Part shown: one piece after another, positions 59,725 through 64,000 of the stretch | Layout of the letters: every line of letters begins with the position of its first letter | Numbering within the stretch: position 1 is the stretch's first letter | Assembly (NCBI GenBank): GCA_963780785.1 | Contig: CAWADS010000046.1 | Location: 21,543 to 85,542, forward strand | DNA from: Candidatus Acidiferrales bacterium | GTDB taxonomy: Bacteria; Acidobacteriota; Terriglobia; Acidiferrales; UBA7541 | DNA length: 64,000 nucleotides | Reading direction: 5' to 3' | Position numbers and translations under genes: made by a program | The notes under the pieces: model-generated | The model's input: only the letters and a program-made list of their open reading frames with translations | Database searches by the model: none | Told to the model about the DNA's origin: nothing

Positions 59725-62700
59725 ATGGCTGTCTTCGTCGGCTTGGATGTCGGAAGTGTCAGCGCCAAGCTCGCAGCAGTGTGGGTGCCGGGCGACACTG
59801 CCAGCGGCACGCCTGCCCACAGAAACGGGCATTTTCTCAGGGCCAGTCATGAAGCGGAGCAACTCTGCGGCGCGCCCGTGCTGCTCTCGGGGTACCGCCG
59901 TACGTACGGAAATCCCATCCAAACAGTCAAGGATCTTCTCGCCGAATTTCATGCTTTGCTGCCGGACGAAGAAATTCGCGGCATGCGTGTGACCGGTTCC
60001 GGCGGGCGGCTTGTAGCGGAAGCGTTGGACGCCAACACCGAAAACGAATTCAAGGCCATAGCCTGCGCGGTCGGCCAACTCTATCCGGAGGTCCGAACAG
60101 TTTTCGAGATTGGCGGCGAAAGCTCGAAATACCTGCGGCTGGCCGAAGACGGCAACCCGCAGCACGCCACGGGATCCAACGCGCACACCTATGCGACAGG
60201 TATTACGGACTATTCCACCAGCGGGGAATGCGCGGCGGGAACGGGGTCGTTTCTGGACCAGCAGGCTTCGCGTCTGAAATATCGCGTGGAAGAAATAGGA
60301 GACGTGGTCGCGCAGGCGAAATGTGCGGCGCGCATCGCAGGGCGCTGCTCCGTTTTCGCGAAGTCCGACATGATTCACGCGCAGCAGAAAGGCTACTCGA
60401 CGGAGGAAGTGCTGAAGGGGCTGTGCGAAGCGGTGTCGCGCAATTTCAAGAGCAACATCGTCCGCGGGAAGGCGGTGAAACCGCGGGTCGCGCTGATTGG
60501 AGCGGTGTCGCAAAATCGCGGCGTGGTGCAGGCGCTTGCAGAAGCGTTTCGTCTGGGACCGGATGGGTTGTTCGTGCCGGAAGAATATGCCTGGATAGGC
60601 GCACTGGGTTGCGCGCTGCTGGAGCGCAACCAGCAAAACGATCGAGCGCGCAGGAAAAGCAATGGCCACTTCCGGCCGCATCTGCAGCTTGCCGGGGAGA
60701 AGGAACGCGACCTGCCGCCGTTGTCCCTTGCGAACGTGCTCTTGCTGCGCGATCATCCCGACGCTTCGCGTACGGAAGCCCTTCCGCAAGACGGCGAGCA
60801 GACTTCCGCGTTCCTGGGAATCGATGTGGGATCCGTCAGCACCAATCTGGCGCTGCTCGATGAAGGAGGGCGCCTGCTGCACGGTATCTACCTGCGAACG
60901 TCCGGCCGGCCGATTGAAGTGGTTCAGGAAGGCCTGCAGGAAATCGATCGCCTGTTCCGGGACCGGATTGTGGTGCGAGGCGTGGGCACCACGGGTTCGG
61001 GGCGCGAGCTCATCGGCGAATTGGTTGGCGCGGACACGATCAACGACGAAATCACGGCGCACAAAACCGGCGCGATCTACGTGCACGAGAAACTTGTGAA
61101 GAACCGCGCTGGCTCAGCGTTGGAAGACGGTGAGGAGCCGGGCGAGGTTGATACGATCTTTGAAATCGGCGGCCAGGATTCGAAGTTCATTTCCATTGAC
61201 CATGGCGTGGTTGTGGATTTCGCCATGAACGAAGCCTGTGCCGCGGGCACGGGTTCCTTCCTTGAAGAACAAGCCGAACGCATGGACATCCAGATCAAGG
61301 ATGAATTCGCGGAGAAGGCCATGGCTTCGACGGCCCCGGCGCGTCTCGGAGAGCGCTGCACCGTGTTCATGGAGCGCGACGTCACCGGTTGGATGTCGCG
61401 CGGCAGCCGGGTAGGTGATCTCGCGGCCGGCCTGGCTTATTCGGTGGCCATGAACTATCTGAACCGCGTTGTCCGGGACCGCAAGATCGGCAAGGTGATC
61501 TATTTTCAGGGCGGCACGGCATACAACGATGCGGTAGCGGCGGCGTTTTCGCAGTTGCTGGGGAAACGCATCATCGTGCCCCCGCACAACGGGATCATCG
61601 GAGCCATCGGCATGGCCCTGATCGCGCAGCAAGTGATTCGTGCGAAAGAACGCGTGCACGAGCACCTGCACGTGGGAGCCTTCGCGGCGGCGGCAGCATC
61701 GGCAAGCGCGTCCGTGGGCACACTAACGTTGACGAAACCCACCGAATCGATTTCGACGTTTCGTGGATTTGATTTAAACCGCGCCAGTTTCGAGACGCGC
61801 GAGTTTGTGTGCAAAGCCTGCTCCAACTATTGCGACATGAAGGAGATTACCGTCGAGGGGCGGAAGACCTACTGGGGCGACAAGTGCTCCGACAAATTCC
61901 GCAAACGCGCGCGCACCGAACGGCGGCCGGTGATCGACGACCTGATGGCGCTGTACGACCGGTTGCTGCGCGAGGGCTATCGCGAGCCGGCGGCCGGCGA
62001 GGCGAATGGCAGACCCCGGGTGGGCGTCCCACAAGCGATGTATTTTCACGACCGCTTTCCTTTCTGGCAAGCCTACCTCAAGGGGATTGGCGTCGAGGTG
62101 GTACTTTCCGGCGTGACGGATTCGCGCATTGCCACGCGCGGCGCGGAACTCAGCATTGCGGAACCGTGTTTTCCCGTGCAGATCGCGCATGGGCACGTGC
62201 ACTCTTTGCTGCACGGCACGCAGGAGCGCCCGGCGGTGGATTTTGTACTCCTGCCGAACGTGATGGACATGGAGGCGCCGGATTCCTCAGTCGCTTCGCA
62301 CCTTTGCCCCTGGAGCCAGACGCTGCCCTACGTGGTGCGTTCCGCGCCGGAATTCGAGGGCTTCGCGGAGCGATTTCTTGCGCCCACGCTCTATTTTCGA
62401 GCCGGCCGCAAACACGTGAAACGCCAGCTCGCGCAGTGCTTCGAGCGTCTCGGTGTCAGCCGGCGGCAGAGTGACGGCGCAGCCGAAGCGGCTTACCACG
62501 CACAAGCCCGCTTCACCGAGAGGCTGATCGAGGAGGGCCACAAGGCGCGCGCCACGCTACGCGCCACAGGCGAGCCTGCGGTCCTGCTGATCGGGCGCGC
62601 CTACAACATTTATGACCGCAACGGAAATTGCGATATTCCGAGGAAATTGCGGGATCTTTACGGTGTGAATGTCCTGCCGCTCGATTTTCTGCCGCTGGAT

Positions 62701-62985
62701 GAGCACGCTGCGGACGATCTCCACCCCAACATGTTCTGGCATTCCGGGCGGCGCATCCTGGAGGCGGGGCGCTTCGCCAGCGAGAATCCGCAGATGCACA
62801 TCATTTACATCACAAACTTCAAGTGCGGGCCGGACTCCTTTATCAAACACTACCTGCGGGACGTGGCCAAGGTGCCGATCCTGGTGCTTCAGTTTGACGG
62901 CCACGGCAACGACGCCGGGTATCTGACGCGATGCGAAGCGTATCTCGACAGCAAGGGGCTCCTGCGATGCACGAACACCCAGTAG
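59725..62985 (+). CDS. 2-hydroxyacyl-CoA dehydratase activase (double BadF/BadG/BcrA/BcrD ATPase plus C-terminal DUF2229-like region)
   Basis: Two G(L/I)DVGSVS, EIGG, CAAGTGSFL and RC(S/T)VF sets; CKACSNYC; NFKCGPDS. Confidence 0.9.
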   Translation: MAVFVGLDVGSVSAKLAAVWVPGDTASGTPAHRNGHFLRASHEAEQLCGAPVLLSGYRRTYGNPIQTVKDLLAEFHALLPDEEIRGMRVTGSGGRLVAEALDANTENEFKAIACAVGQLYPEVRTVFEIGGESSKYLRLAEDGNPQHATGSNAHTYATGITDYSTSGECAAGTGSFLDQQASRLKYRVEEIGDVVAQAKCAARIAGRCSVFAKSDMIHAQQKGYSTEEVLKGLCEAVSRNFKSNIVRGKAVKPRVALIGAVSQNRGVVQALAEAFRLGPDGLFVPEEYAWIGALGCALLERNQQNDRARRKSNGHFRPHLQLAGEKERDLPPLSLANVLLLRDHPDASRTEALPQDGEQTSAFLGIDVGSVSTNLALLDEGGRLLHGIYLRTSGRPIEVVQEGLQEIDRLFRDRIVVRGVGTTGSGRELIGELVGADTINDEITAHKTGAIYVHEKLVKNRAGSALEDGEEPGEVDTIFEIGGQDSKFISIDHGVVVDFAMNEACAAGTGSFLEEQAERMDIQIKDEFAEKAMASTAPARLGERCTVFMERDVTGWMSRGSRVGDLAAGLAYSVAMNYLNRVVRDRKIGKVIYFQGGTAYNDAVAAAFSQLLGKRIIVPPHNGIIGAIGMALIAQQVIRAKERVHEHLHVGAFAAAAASASASVGTLTLTKPTESISTFRGFDLNRASFETREFVCKACSNYCDMKEITVEGRKTYWGDKCSDKFRKRARTERRPVIDDLMALYDRLLREGYREPAAGEANGRPRVGVPQAMYFHDRFPFWQAYLKGIGVEVVLSGVTDSRIATRGAELSIAEPCFPVQIAHGHVHSLLHGTQERPAVDFVLLPNVMDMEAPDSSVASHLCPWSQTLPYVVRSAPEFEGFAERFLAPTLYFRAGRKHVKRQLAQCFERLGVSRRQSDGAAEAAYHAQARFTERLIEEGHKARATLRATGEPAVLLIGRAYNIYDRNGNCDIPRKLRDLYGVNVLPLDFLPLDEHAADDLHPNMFWHSGRRILEAGRFASENPQMHIIYITNFKCGPDSFIKHYLRDVAKVPILVLQFDGHGNDAGYLTRCEAYLDSKGLLRCTNTQ

Positions 62986-64000
62986 AAAATTCGCGGACGA
63001 TTTCGCGCTCGCATCCGCTCTTCGGAAAGAAGACCTATGTGCCGCGGATGGTGGAAGGCACGGCGCGGGCGCTGGCGGCGGTGCTGCGCTCGCTGGGTGT
63101 CGATGCGGAAGTCACGCCGCACTCAAATGCGCGGACGCTGGATATGGGAGCAAAGTTCTCGAGCGGGGATGAGTGCTACCCGCTGAAGGTAACGCTGGGA
63201 GATTTCCTACAGATTGCGGAACAGCCGGGGTTCGATCCAAAAAAGAGCGCGTTCTTCATGGTCACGGGGCACGGGCCGTGCCGCTTCGGGCAATATGCCC
63301 CGTTTCTGAAGGGCGTCCTGACGCAGATCGGTTATTCCGATGTGACGATCTTTCAGCCCAGCACGGAGAAAGGCTACAGCGACTTCGGAGAGTCTTCGAC
63401 GCTGTTTACGCGGGGAGTGTGGCGCGCGGTTGTCGCGGCCGATATTTTGCTGAAGCTCCTCCTGAAGTCGCGGCCGTATGAAGTCACGCCGGGATCGGCG
63501 GATGCCGCCTTCGAGGAGAGCCTTCGGGCCCTTTGCAGAGTTTTAGAAATTACCTACGCCAGTTTTGGCAAGCAAATGGAGGCGCTTTGCCGGTGCCTCT
63601 TGGAGGCGCGCGCGAGATTCCGTAAATTGCCCGTGGAATTTGACGGCAGCAAACCGCTGATCGGAGTTGTGGGCGAAATCTTTTGCCGCTTGAACGAATT
63701 CAGCAATAACGAACTTGTCCGGCGCCTGGAAGTTGCAGGCGCGGAAGTATGGATGAACGACTTTTCCGAATGGATCTGGTACACGAACGCCGACCAGCAC
63801 CGCCGATTACAGATCTTTGGCCGGCGCTTTTCCATGGAAGCAGCCGAGGCGCACATCCGTAATTACGTACAGCGCAAAGACGAGCACATCTTGCTGGCGA
63901 TGTTCAAGGAAGATTTCCGCGGGTACGAAGAGCCGCATGAGATTCAGGTGGTGCTGGATGGCGCGGAGCCCTACCTGCCGGCCCTGGGCGCAAACGGCGA
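62967..64000 (+). CDS. Activase-associated DUF2229-like protein (truncated at window end)
   Basis: Open frame from ATG 62967: GDECYP, GPCRFGQY, LIGVVGEIFCR. Confidence 0.8.
   Translation, partial: MHEHPVENSRTISRSHPLFGKKTYVPRMVEGTARALAAVLRSLGVDAEVTPHSNARTLDMGAKFSSGDECYPLKVTLGDFLQIAEQPGFDPKKSAFFMVTGHGPCRFGQYAPFLKGVLTQIGYSDVTIFQPSTEKGYSDFGESSTLFTRGVWRAVVAADILLKLLLKSRPYEVTPGSADAAFEESLRALCRVLEITYASFGKQMEALCRCLLEARARFRKLPVEFDGSKPLIGVVGEIFCRLNEFSNNELVRRLEVAGAEVWMNDFSEWIWYTNADQHRRLQIFGRRFSMEAAEAHIRNYVQRKDEHILLAMFKEDFRGYEEPHEIQVVLDGAEPYLPALGANG

Overview
GC-rich bacterial chromosomal segment. Gene content and intergenic repeats are suggestive of Acidobacteriota (inference). From left to right: (1) a lasso-peptide-type RiPP locus (AsnB-like cyclase plus a precursor with a tandemly duplicated leader) next to tRNA-Ser(TGA); (2) a LacI-linked L-sugar locus (GH27, SDR, lactonase, FucP, GH29) that shares an operator-like motif with an operon of GDP-mannose 3,5-epimerase, an Fkp-like pyrophosphorylase, FucU and a GHMP kinase; (3) housekeeping and signalling genes (multicopper oxidase, M20 peptidase, HU, PilZ proteins, gltA, pirin, serC, diguanylate cyclase); (4) a Tat-exported GMC dehydrogenase with a nine-heme cytochrome; (5) orphan nuoB, EVE, mutM, a tandem double M28 peptidase, dtd, AlkD, MarR-ClC, LemA/DUF2207 and comM; (6) a 1.9-kb lower-GC cassette bounded by ~50-bp direct repeats, carrying a putative PD-(D/E)xK nuclease; (7) RsbW/STAS and a 2-hydroxyacyl-CoA dehydratase activase pair running off the right end. 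Intergenic regions hold several REP-like palindrome families, one interrupted by a 110-bp MITE. Strand composition flips from C-rich to G-rich around 26-34 kb. About ten genes carry single-base frameshifts, most likely sequencing or assembly errors. All calls are by eye from motifs; no database searches were run.
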